From Catajapyx aquilonaris (lineage: Eukaryota): DNA of 64,000 nucleotides. The notes beneath the pieces were generated by a model, which worked only from the letters and a program-made list of their open reading frames with translations, was not told where the DNA came from and ran no database searches. A program made the position numbers and the translations under genes. Below, piece after piece: positions 12,275-24,100 of the stretch. Within the stretch, counting starts at the first letter, position 1, and each line of letters starts with the position of its first letter. Location: positions 1 through 64,000 of the forward strand of contig KZ538379.1 in NCBI GenBank assembly GCA_000934665.2, in the 5' to 3' direction.

Positions 12275-15200
12275 ATGCTATGCCTCTTTCTCTTTATACT
12301 CAACTCTCTCTCTCTCTGCAGGCCTAGGATTGTTGCAGGAGAGCTCAGTTTTCCAGAGAGTGAGAGAGCGAGAGAGAGCGAGAGATCGACTAACATCTGA
12401 AGGAAACAGAGATGTGCGTTAATGCAAGGCTCGCTTTTGCGCAGACTTCGCAAATGGATAAACAGTGTCGGAGAGGTATTTGGGACTTGGAAGAACTCAC
12501 GACCCTGGGTAGAGAGGGGGGGATGGAGGATCGGAGATGATCGCCCACAGACATTGAATCCGTTTTACTGCTCCACTTGCATGTCGACAGTTTCCAGAGA
12601 CTGGTGGAGAATTCAGTAAAGAACACTGGTTCAGATGGTGTGACCCGTTTTGACCTAGGATGAGTTGGGGTCGAGTTACGCTGGTTTAAAGCCAAAGGGT
12701 GGATGGCACATGGACGCCGCCACTCGGCCGGGTGAGGTACTTGCCATCTGAAGCTGCAGTGAGCGGCCATATTGGATAATTTGTGTTTAGACAAATCTCC
12801 CAATTTTTAAACAAATTAATATTTTTGACCAGTTTAAATCTACATAAAACTACAGTTTAATCGTAATGTACTGCAGTTTCTGAAAATATTTAGCAACAAA
12901 TCTGGTCGACTATATTAAGCCTCGCATTTTATGACGTGTAACGTCCATTAAAAGTCGACTTTATTTTTTGATGAATGCTCCACATCGGACAGGACTGTGG
13001 GCCTCCCCCGTATAACACTAAAAAATCCGGAGCGTTTCCGGATTTTCTGCTGTCGTATACAATCGAGTCCCCCTCCCGGAGTTTCTGGCTACCAGGTCAC
13101 ACTGAATGGACGCCACCCCCTTTCTCCCTCTGGTTTTTTTTTGCAAAAAAAATCCGGGGGTTGGACCCGGATACATGACTCGCATACTTTCTTCTCTTTC
13201 TCCTGCAGTACGGAATTACGGATACGTTGTGTGCGGCGTGGACTTTGTAGGCATGCATGTGGCATTAACGATTGCTCATAAATTTCAGGGACTAAGCTCC
13301 CTGCGCCATCAAATTATTCACAACGTTATTGTGCTTTTATTGCATTCTTTCCTCAATACACACACACACATACACACACTGGGGAAGGCTTGCAGCAGCA
13401 GCCAGGAGTCTACCAAATAAATGAGGACAGTTTTTTTTCCCACCCCCGGAACCTTAGTTAGGCCCTCCACCCCTGAAACCATGTTTTGGGCTCAAAGCTG
13501 CTTGGCTGTACAGCGCAGTAGACCCTATAGTTTATATTTTTAGTGTGTGCATGTGAATTCGGAATAGTCTGGTGCTGGTGCGGTTTAATTATCAGATTGG
13601 GCTTCAAAAAGGGGAGGGTGAGCTCCGATTTGATTGGGTTACAAAGTAACAAGTGGAATTCGGCTGGCATAATCAGCTTGGAAATGTAGTCATGTATGTG
13701 GGTGTGTGTTGCGTGCTTATAACACGAGGCGTGTATGGGTGTTAGTAATAATTTTTTGAGAGAGTTGCAAGGATTCAATTGAAAAAAATTGGGGTTAAAA
13801 AGGCTCATTAAAATCGAAAGAAAATTAGAACGCAGGGGCAATGGAGCCGCATTCATTCACATCTTTGACATAATTAATCTTGTATTTAATATTCAGTGTT
13901 TATTGCATTTTATTTATTATTTATTGTATTTTATTTGAATATTATCATATTTACCTCATTATTTATATCGTTACATTTTATGTCAATTTTTGTTTATATT
14001 ATTTATTTTAGCCAATATTTATGATTTACATTTATTTTATGCCAATTTTATTATAAATTTATTTTTGCCAATAATGATTGCATTTTTAAATCATTTGTGT
14101 GTGAATATTATATTCACTATATTTCCGTATTTATTTTCCTATATAATTAATAGAATATTTATATTTATATTTATTATACCGGTACTTACAGTATTACAAT
14201 GCTATATAATATATATAATGATAAGTTGGCTTTTAATTGATATATTAATATTCATGTAAAATCAACATATACATTAATTTTGGCATTTTATATGACAATG
14301 TATTAATATTAAAAATTGAACTAAATTGAACCGACCACCAAACCCAATAAATTTGTTGTAAAAATTCGTGCAATCCTTCAATATTGTTGGAGGATAACAG
14401 TACAGCACTGCTACTCTAACTTCTGTCCTCGTCAAGCAACTTTGTTAATGACTGAAAGAATTTAGTCTATAAAATTCGCGAACTCTGTACCAAATGAGCA
14501 AACAAGGCCGTAACCAGCCTCTGTTGAGCACGAAAGTAAACAAGACAAACCAGCTCAAACTACATGTCCAGCAAATTCGCAGGCATTTATCCAGACCCAA
14601 AACTCACGTTACATGGCCCTAAGCTACACCTCCTTTCCTCTCCACACCAACCCCATTTTACCTTCAAATTCGGCCGGTTTAGATGCCATAAAGTCCACAT
14701 CCCCAGCATCCTGTCCCGGAGGCCGGTTGCAAATATTTGCACTAGGTTTGCTCATAGTTGAGCAACCATCTAAATTCGGTCAATAAGACCTCTGAGAGAG
14801 AAAAGACAGAGAGGACACTAGAATATATATCCGGCACAACTTAACCCCTCGGATTTTTACTCCTTTGGGTATTTCGCAGAAAAAAAAATCGCGACAAAAA
14901 GCTCATTGGTCTCAGAAGTGAAAAAGACGCCGCGTAGAAAAGTGTCATTTTCTCTGGAAACAATTTGGGGACGTGGGAAGCTGGGGAACAATTTGGGATA
15001 ATGTGGACATCCTCCTCTCTATTGCGCATTCTCCCTCAAAAAAACAAAAAAAGACAACAATGTAGTTAGAGCCGAAGCCAATTGTAGCACGTGTTCCCAA
15101 AGGATTTTAAAATACCCGCCATTTTCTCTCAGAAAAATTGCGTGACTAAATAACTTAATTCTGGAAATTTTTGGAGCCAAAATGTCTGCGAATTTTTTTA

Positions 15201-16756
15201 CGAAAAGTGGCAAAAATATTGCCACCTTTTTATGGGACCATTCGCGAAAAAAAGTTTGTTTATATCTGGAGAGCCAGTTTATTTTACTCTCTTCGCAAGT
15301 GTTGGGTAACTCGAAGCTTGAATTATTGCATGGATAAAGTAAATTATGTTGTTGCGTATTTTATTCGTGGGTTTGATCCTTGAAAGTGGAGTGCGAAAAT
15401 TAGTACTGGGATTTTTTTTGGCAATTATTTAGGTCTGGGTCCGGTTGTTGCGAATCGGTTTGCGGTTATTTAGGTGGAAATTTTTATTGGGGAGCACTTA
15501 TGCTGGTTAAACATTGACTAATTATTGTAGGGACAAAAAGAAAGAGCTGATAACAGATTTGTTTTTAAATATTAATCAATATTACCCGCAATTAACCATA
15601 GGGGAACATACATTTGTGTTATTTCCTACAATTAAATTAAACTTAGAAGTAATAAATAATGAAAATACACTTTTCCGGCAGTAAAATGTATGCAGTATTG
15701 TTAATCTATTGCTTGATGATAATTACCAGATATTAATAGATGTAATTACTCCGGAACGCAATTTAATGCAGTGTGTGATATTCACTAAAATGCGATTACT
15801 AATGTAGACGACGTGATTTGCACTATATTAATCCTAATTTCAATTTGCATGATAACTAATACCTGTATGCAACATTATTATGATATAACGCGCACTATTT
15901 ATATTAATATAACACGTAAATATACATACAATCACTGTCAGCCATTTTATTCGGATAGAAAATAATCCAATGCCATAAAAGTAGTAGAGATGCATTATTA
16001 ACTTTTGATAGTCGTGTTTTATTAATAATTTCGTAAAATAATTTACTTCTTGAGGAGTGTCAGATAAATTTTAGCAGAATTTTGTCATCGCTTTCCCAAC
16101 TTTCATCGGAAAATAAGTAGACTTTGAAAACATTTGGGCAACCGTTTGTACTCAGGGTAGCCAACCGCTGCATACCCAGGCTACACAACCTGCAACCAGC
16201 CCTGACAAATAGTCCCAGTTAATCCGAATCGGTCAATCAGAAGTGTGTACACGCCCGCATGCAATCCCCACAAATCAATCACAAGATAACATCCCCCTGT
16301 GTAGTGTGCACAACCATTAGGCTCCTCTTGATAGGAACATAACAGTCTTCTTGTCTAATCCGGATGACCCCCAAGACTTTGTACTACTTCTCTCATCTCC
16401 TTTCTCCCTTTGCTCAGAATCCTTCCTTTGATCCCCCCCCTCTCTGGTTCCCTTTATTTCTGTGTGGAAGCCCCAGCTGCGATAACCCCCGAAGGAGTCC
16501 GCGGAGGAATCTTCCTCCAGAATTGAAAAATCGGAGCCATGGCTCCCTAGCTCTGGACTTTTTTGTTACCAAGCTCTCTCTCCAGCAAGGCGTAATGAAG
16601 GTGCGAAGTGGAGCTCAGCGGTGGCTAATCTGTTGCTGGTTTTGGGGGGTAATTAGGGGAGCAGCCCTCTTCCTCCTCCCCTCCAAAACACCCGTTTTCT
16701 TGCCAATTGCCAGCCGGCTTGTGGCTCAATCGTCGCCCCCCAAGCTCTAATCATCC

Positions 16757-17030
16757 TCAGACCAAACGGGTAGGACACACACACAGCGAATGTCCAGTCT
16801 TCACACAGATGAAGCATCCTAAAGGGGGACACACACACAACGAGTGACCAGTCTTCCCACAGATGAAGCATCCTAAAGGGGGACACACACACAACAAGTG
16901 ACCAGTCTTCCCACAGATGAAACATCCAAACGGGGGACACACACACGAGTGACCAGTCTTCCCACAGCTGAAGCATCTCAAAAGGAGACGCACACAACCC
17001 GTGACCAATCTTCATGCAATGAAGTATCAT
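16757..17030 (-). pseudogene. Tandem ~54-bp repeat encoding CCHC zinc-knuckle motifs; probable retroelement ORF1/gag or nucleic-acid-binding gene relic
   Basis: The minus-strand frame reads CFSCGKTGHSCVC, CFICGKTGHLLCVC, CFICGKTGHSLCVC and CFICVKTGHSLCVC. Three of these fit C-x2-C-x4-H-x4-C. A fifth, frameshifted copy lies at about 17000-17030. There is no ATG start and no flanking coding sequence. Confidence 0.5.
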
Positions 17031-17250
17031 GTAAACTTCTGCCACTCTCAGGGTCGTGTGAAGGAATTTAGACACAAATGGCAAGGCCAGAAAAACGTTC
17101 GCTATAAAGATACGGTGTGGCTGGCTATGTCATATGACTGTTTCAAACCACATATGTGGGGGAAATGCATACAAATGCCACTCTCAGGGTCGCGCGAGGG
17201 CTAATGCTGAATTTAGCATAAATGGCACAACAACAATAACGTTCGTTATA

Positions 17251-17565
17251 CACTGTAAACCGCAAAACATTAAAAGAGCATCACAAGTGGAGCATCGATT
17301 TTTAATGCTTTTCTAATGCTCCTGAAATGCTCCTCTAATGCTCTTTTAATGTTTTTGTTGTTTTAGCAACAAAAAGCATTACAACACCCATCATTACTGA
17401 GTCTCTCATGAAACATAAATCTTTCAGGCTCTTTAATGCTCTTGTGGTGCTATTGTAATGTTTTTATACTTTTAACAACAAACGACATTAAAAGGGCATC
17501 ACAAGAGCGTTAAATGCTATTTTGATGCTCTTTTAATGCTTTGTGACTCTTTGCGGTTTACAGTG
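17251..17565. mobile_element. Non-autonomous DNA transposon with CACTG termini (CACTA/EnSpm-like)
   Basis: Terminal inverted repeat (TIR) CACTGTAAACCGCAAA ... TTTGCGGTTTACAGTG, with TA on both flanks. Internal sub-repeats (CATTAAAAGAGCATCACAAG and its reverse complement) are present. Confidence 0.75.
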
Positions 17566-19146
17566 TATGTGAGATGACTCTTTCGAGCCACATGACCCTA
17601 GTGCGAGTCTCGAAAATAAGAACCATCTTCATCAGGTCTTGTAGTATTCAGGACCTAACATAGGTCTTTCTTCCCTTCCCCATCCCCTCCACCCTCCTTC
17701 TCCCCTACACTTTTCGGCTAACAGGGTTTGGAGCTGGCTTTCCGTGTGCAACCAAGCGAGTTGTTGCGGAGAGAAGTCAGTCGGGCCCTTCTTCGTTCGA
17801 GGAGAGAATCTCCAAATGAGAAGCTCTGCAACAACCAATAGCAGAGACGCACGTCTCAGTCCTACCCCCCCCAAAAAACTAGCAGAAAAAAATAGAGTCG
17901 GGCTCTATACACCTTATTGAGCTTCCCAACATATATTTTTTGTTACAAATTTCATGAAAATTTGGGGGGGAATTTTTCTAAAATTTTGACCCCTAGCGTT
18001 AAAGTTATCGCGACTCATCGACCGATTCCTTCTTTTAACTCTATTCTGAGGGCGATTTCACTTGAGGCAAATCCTGGCTCTATTCGTCTCTTATTGACTC
18101 GTTGGGAGATGGTGCTGTGCGGAAGTCTCAGGGACTTAGAGACCATCTGGTTCAACCTCTGGAGAAAAAAGGGGAAAAAAGAAAGCGATTGGAGTTAAGT
18201 GTACTGGGTGTGGAAGGAGAAAGTGGAAAAAAGGAGAATGGAAATTCCTGCACTTCTTTTGGAGAAAAAAAAGTGGTGGCCATATTGATCAATCTAGGTT
18301 ATCAAGTAATGTGTACCGATAATATCTGATGTACTGTAAACAATTTTTCGCCTAATTATTGAACGGATTGAAGTGGAAATATGTGGCTAAGCGATGGTTC
18401 ATCATAGGTGCAAAAAAACTAACTACTATCGGAAACAATATTGCTGGACGTGATTGTATTTACATGCTATTAACTCTGTAATATTGGGGAGTAAAACATT
18501 TGCACCACATCCAGTGATGAGTTGGCTCGAATTAAATTATTCTGAGGGTGCCAGCTCATGCCAACAACAATATTGTGTTACTAGGATTCATTACTGGAGT
18601 AAATACCGTGTGTTTCAAAAGCCATCTAGCTGATGATTCACCCTGGACAAACGGAGGCACAGACTCAAGCCACTTCTACAGTATATATGATGCCCAGTGC
18701 GAATTTGATCAGTATTGTATACATAAGGTATAACAAAAAAGGGATTCACAATTTTACAATGTATCCAGCCCATAATCTGCAAGCCATCCTCCCCCACTCC
18801 GAAAACCAGATTACACAAGTTGTAATCGCATGATGTGTCAACACACGTGCATCTGCTGAAGGCACGGCCAGCACTGCATTTTGTCACGTAATATCGGATG
18901 TCAGGGGGATGTAAAACCGCTCCAAAACGACACCCTTCCAACTAACCAGCCTAAAACTAATATCTACGAATCGGACAGAAAGTCCGATACACAGCAGCGG
19001 TTTTTCTGACTCACATTGTACACCCATTATTTTTTTAAAGACTAGATCCACTCACACTGCTTTAAACTAATTAATCACATAAAAATACAACAGCTGGGAT
19101 GACAGCCAATACAAATATAATAACTGTAGTAATATAAAAGCTTATA

Positions 19147-19358
19147 CAGGGTGTCTCATCTTTTTTTGTCCGAACAGTTATCGGAAATATTGCACTAAGC
19201 TTCTACTTTGTAAGCAGTGTATGCCACTTCAACCTAAGATTCGCAGGGAATATTCCCCATTCCTCCGACACACCGGTTCCAAGTCACTGCTTACAAAGTA
19301 GCAGCTTATAGTGCGATATTTCCGATAACTGTTCGGACAAAAAAGTTTAGACACCCTG
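19147..19358. mobile_element. Tc1/mariner-type MITE (CAGGGTG termini), family A
   Basis: TA-CAGGGTGTCT...TTTTTTGTCCGAACAGTTATCGGAAATAT is inverted at ATATTTCCGATAACTGTTCGGACAAAAAA...AGACACCCTG. Related copies are at 6500 and 60099. Confidence 0.8.
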
Positions 19359-20393
19359 CATAATGCCTAATATCATATTCATAACTAACATTACCGGTTA
19401 TTATATTGCGCAGCATTTCATCATTATTATAGTCATGTTACATCGTAACTAATATGACTAACAAGGATGACTAATGTGATTAACAAACATGACTAATATG
19501 ACAATAACAATTAACTAATATCACAGAATAATATGTAATAAAGTAGTAATACAAGTACTGTAGTCAGTAAAACAATTTAAGGGTAATATTTAAAACTAAT
19601 ATTTTGAGAGGCTTGTTGCAAAAATTGACTGATTGAAGCGGTCACATCGTATTGTAACGTGCTGTACGCAGTGTATAATATGGTGGGTCATGCAACACCA
19701 GGGTGTCGAGTGTCGCGAAAATTAAACGTGGTGTTAAAACCTCGTATATCTATAAATAGAGTCGCTAGTGGGTTCAAGTCATTACGAATGAAATTGAACA
19801 GGGTAGTTGAGTACTTCTTTATCTGGTCTAGATACCCCCCAACATGTTTTTTTTCGTGTAGGGGGGGGGGGGGTTACTCCCTCCCTCCCTACCCCCCAAA
19901 GGGTGCTTGGTGTGATGCTTTTCGTGTTAGATCAAAAGTGAGTTGGGAGTTGGAGGGAGTAGGGGTAACATTAAAGATGGCTGCACGCGAGGTGGGGACG
20001 TAGGAAAAGATAAGGGGGAAAAGGTCAGACTGAAAGGTAAAGTTGACCCAGTCCTAAATACCTCCAACACTAACTTGCTCGTAAAACCGACACAAATGTG
20101 AAGGTATTTCTAGATGGATACAAAATGGCCGCCAAAAACCTAACTGACTAAAAATGGCCCCCAAGTTGCAACATCGGGCAGTAAATGTTTCAGTTAAACC
20201 CGGTTTTTGCATCAGTTGTTTGAATGTTGCAACAGTAATCCACATTTTAAAATCGCAATGGTCACTAAAAGCAGTGAGCTTTACACGTTAATATAGGGTG
20301 CACCGAAAGTAAAATATTCTAGCGAATCAGTTGCATAGCAATGGTACCAATCTGTGTGTCGTACATAATTTGTGCTCGACACGCAACACCTGA

Positions 20394-20877
20394 CCAGGGA
20401 GGATATACGTACTACATATAAGAGGCGCAAAAATTCAATTCGCGCGTCTCTCTGTTTGGGGCGTTGCTAAGGCTGGCGGCCATTTTGAAAAGGGGGCATC
20501 GCCAACGAGGTGTAAATAGGGTACAGGCAGGCCGTAAAGGGCCGCCATCTTTGATGGTATTGGCGGCCACGGCACTTCACGGCAAGAACACGCGCGAATG
20601 TGAATATTTTTGCTGTACTTACGGAATTAATACGTAGAAAAGTGCAAGGAGCTCATACTGCAAAAAATTCAAATTCGCGCGTGTTCTTGCTGTGAAGTGC
20701 CGTGGCCGCCAAAACCATCAAAGATGGCGCCCCTTTACGGCCTGCCTGTACCCTATTTATACCTGGTTGGCATTGCCCCCTATTCAAAATGGCCGCCAGC
20801 CTTGGCAACGGCCCCAAACAGAAAGACACGGCTATCAACTCGAAGTTTGCGCCTCTTATGTAGTATATGCTCTCGGA
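20394..20877. mobile_element. Fold-back (near fully palindromic) MITE, unclassified, apparent 5-bp TSD
   Basis: The left arm (about 20394-20615) is the reverse complement of the right arm (about 20655-20877), for example GGCGGCCATTTTGAA / TTCAAAATGGCCGCC and AAGAGGCGCAAA / TTTGCGCCTCTT. It is flanked by CCTGA on both sides and belongs to the same family as 62435-62806. Confidence 0.85.
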
Positions 20878-21144
20878 CCTGACCCACGAATTAATTTTGG
20901 CCGCCATTTTTGGTCCAAATTATCATACAGGGTGTTGCCACATTTCTATCGTATTTTTGTGTGTGTGTGTGAGTTCACGTCTGTGAATCGTGACCGTTGT
21001 GGACTTGTAGTAACGTGACATGGTTATCGTGTGTGTGTTCCAGGTAGCGAGGCGATGCTGCGCTGGTCCTCCCTGCTCGACTACGCGAGGCCCTATGCGA
21101 TTCTACGGAATTAGAGGCGAGCGAAGGCAGCTAGACCGAAGAAG

Positions 21145-21196
21145 ATGATTCAATTATGGGATTATCTCGCTCTGCTGCTTAGTGTCATCATCAGTG
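21145..21196 (+). CDS. First coding exon (signal peptide) of the DIP/Lachesin-like gene
   Basis: ATG at 21145 (context AAGATG) encodes MIQLWDYLALLLSVIIS plus 1 nt, followed by a perfect GTAAGT donor at 21197. The phase-1 junction joins exon 52743 in frame (G+CT = Ala) and completes a hydrophobic signal peptide ending in ALA. A candidate acceptor TTCCAG at 21038-21043 suggests the exon starts at 21044 with 5' UTR. Confidence 0.75.
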
Positions 21197-24100
21197 GTAA
21201 GTACAAAAGGAGGAAAATAGTTGGGAACTGCGCTTACCAAACCCTCTCTCTCTCTCTCTCTCTCCTTCTCCTTCCCCCTCCCCCCTCCACCTCAACGCTA
21301 ATAACGATTGGAGGGGGAGCAATTTTGTGAGGCTTTGTCGGTGTAACATGCTGAGATTGCTTCTCGTCTATAGCATAGCACACCCGAATTATTTCGTTGT
21401 CATGGCTTCCTTGAGTACACGCGCTTCTAATCAGCCTTATTGCCTACTGGCGGTTTCATGTAGTACCACATCGCTCACATAGATGACTCCGGACAAACAG
21501 AGGCACGTGTTGACAACGCTTCTTCTTATATATTTTTGAAGGTGTTTTCTTCCGTGATGGGAATTTCATAAGGGGGGGAAATCTCTTGCGGGTTTGCTCT
21601 TCTCGCAGGGGAATCTTGCCTCCCACCTCATGTTTATTACCTGCGGTGGCAAATCAATGGAAAGGGATCCATACCTCACTCAATTACATCCCTCTCACCC
21701 TCCCTTGCATCCTCACACCCTGGAGGCCCATTTGTCTGGCCAAATGAACCTGGCAGTAATCCTACTCCAAGCCCCCTTCCCGCCTCTTCTCAAAATACTA
21801 GGGGGGGAAGGAGAAAAAAAAAATATTCGGAAGAAGCAGGGCCTCAAGTTATTGAACGGGAAACAATATGGCACGAAATTTGCTTATTTTTGAAGCTACA
21901 AGGTGTTCCAACAATGTTGGGGCCCATTTTGACACGTATTGTTACTTACAGAGGAAATTATTTTTCGACTAAGAAAAAGGTTAAATTTAAGGGATAGTAC
22001 GGTATTGCCAATGGTGCAAGTACGAATAAATGAACACAAATTAATAAATAATAACAAAGTACTTTATTAGATTTTTATTTATAGTATTTTATGTTTCTGA
22101 ACATAAAATACTGTATATAAAAGAATCTAAGTTAATAAACAGTATAAGAAAAAATGCAATAAAATAAAAAGGATCAAATGAATTTTATCGTATTAGAGAA
22201 AAATGTAATAAAGTATGAATGAATGAAATAAATCTGAAAATGAGCAAACAAAAATAATGTATATTATGTAGAATATATTAATAAGTAACAGAAGAGTACG
22301 AAAAATGGAACAAATGAGCGAATAAAATACGCCATACAAAATTAAAGAGCAAGTAAATAACGCAAATAATAAAACAAATTGCAAACGAAATATTAATAAA
22401 TTATTGATAAATGAAGTAAATAATTATTAAATTGAGAAATATAATAATATGAAATAGATAAAGAAATACAGCAAAAAATTACATGCCATTAAATACATAA
22501 GAGGAAAGTAAACTATCAAATAATATTAAGTGTAATAAAATAAAACAACAAAATAAAATAATGTGATAAAATAATGAACATGGAAAATGAAACACGCCGG
22601 TTTCTTCTACACCTGGATTTAAAAACTTTTTATGCGAATCCGGGTTATTTTCATGTAGGCCTAACTCTCTTTGCTCGGGTTGCTATGCTGCCAGGTGGAG
22701 ATAATTAATTATTTGCCAAGGTGTGTGGTGCTTAATTTAATTATCCTCAGGGCATTACAGCGTGTCACTTTTGGAGAGTGTGCAACGCCTTCTCTTACTC
22801 CCCTGTCTTTTTTTTGGTCTTTCTCTGTTCGTGCGAGTGTTTATTCCTGGCCAGCGGACCAGACAAAACTAGTGCAGGCTCCGCTTCAGGCTGGCCTCAC
22901 CAATGGTGAGAAACACTCTTTCGCATAAACCAGACGTGGTGTCCGGTCGTTTAACTGTAGGTTGCAAACTGGACTTTAAGTAGTGAAATCTATTCGTAGA
23001 CTAAAATAATATAGTGTACCATAAACTAGTAAAATAATCAGAAAACAAATGAATATCAAAAATAAAACTAATAAACGAATAAATATTATGTACGCTATAT
23101 GTATACAGAATAAATAAATACATAATACATTTAAAAAAATACCCCGTGATAGGCGGGAAGGGGAGGTTCCCGAGGGAGGGACATTCTGAAATACACCAGG
23201 CCTTTTCTCCTGGCCCTTGGCAGAGTAGGAAGTGCAATTCTGCCCCGGCATGTCGAGCATAATACATATTAAAATCCCTGCATATAAAACAATTTGATAT
23301 AACTACATAATTAACTGAAATAAATAAAACAAGCATATTAAAAAGTAATTAAATTTAAATAAATCACAAAATAATAATTAGCCAAATTAACAGTATCTGC
23401 TAATGCGTAACTGCTAAATGTTTCATTAGCTACATCCGCGTCTGATATTATGTTTAAAAAAGCTTTTTTTTTCTTTCTTCGTAAGTACTCTTCAGTCTCG
23501 TCATCGCCACTTAACAATGGTTCCTCCTCTTGAAGGGGGGGCACCCTCACTCCTTCTCCAGCCCCCGAGAGATATCCAATAAAACTTCATTCCCTGAAGG
23601 AGTAATTGGTTATTGGAGCATATGCACCAAATTGAACAGGAATCCGATTCGTTGCGGGGGGGGNGGGAGGGGATAAGAGAGGGGGGGATGGGTAAGGAGA
23701 GAGAGGGAGAGAAAAAAAGGCATTTCTTCCGCTTCACTTGTCTAATACCCGTATCGAGATCTTACTTTCATTTTCAGCAAAAAAAGATTTAAAAATAACA
23801 CAAAAATTGGTTAGAAAAAAATGCAAAAGAGATGATTAAACTTTTAGCGTGTACCTTATGGCTCCCCCTTTTTTTCTCTCTCCCCTCACTTTTTTTTTCT
23901 TCCCAATTTTTTTGTCAAAAACATGACCGAGGCAATAACTGGTTTGATTTTCGAGGTAATAAGGTTTGGGCCTGGACAACAATGGGAGATGGGGTGGGAG
24001 TCTGATTTGAATAGGGCGCTCTTTCAGGTGCAGGCCCGTTCCTGCGAAAAAGTCTCTGGGAAGATTCCAGCCAATGTACTTTTGCTGGGATGGGGTTTTT

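Noticed and set aside
13990..14259. Hydrophobic membrane-protein-like or mitochondrial-like ORFs (also 22193-22384, 22976-23336, 30700-31014)
   Set aside because: The F/I/L/Y-rich translations are expected from AT-rich low-complexity DNA, and no conserved motifs were recognised.
17575..17640. Hammerhead ribozyme on the minus strand (CTGATGA ... GAAA)
   Set aside because: The core words are present, but I could not form a convincing stem II or stems I and III.
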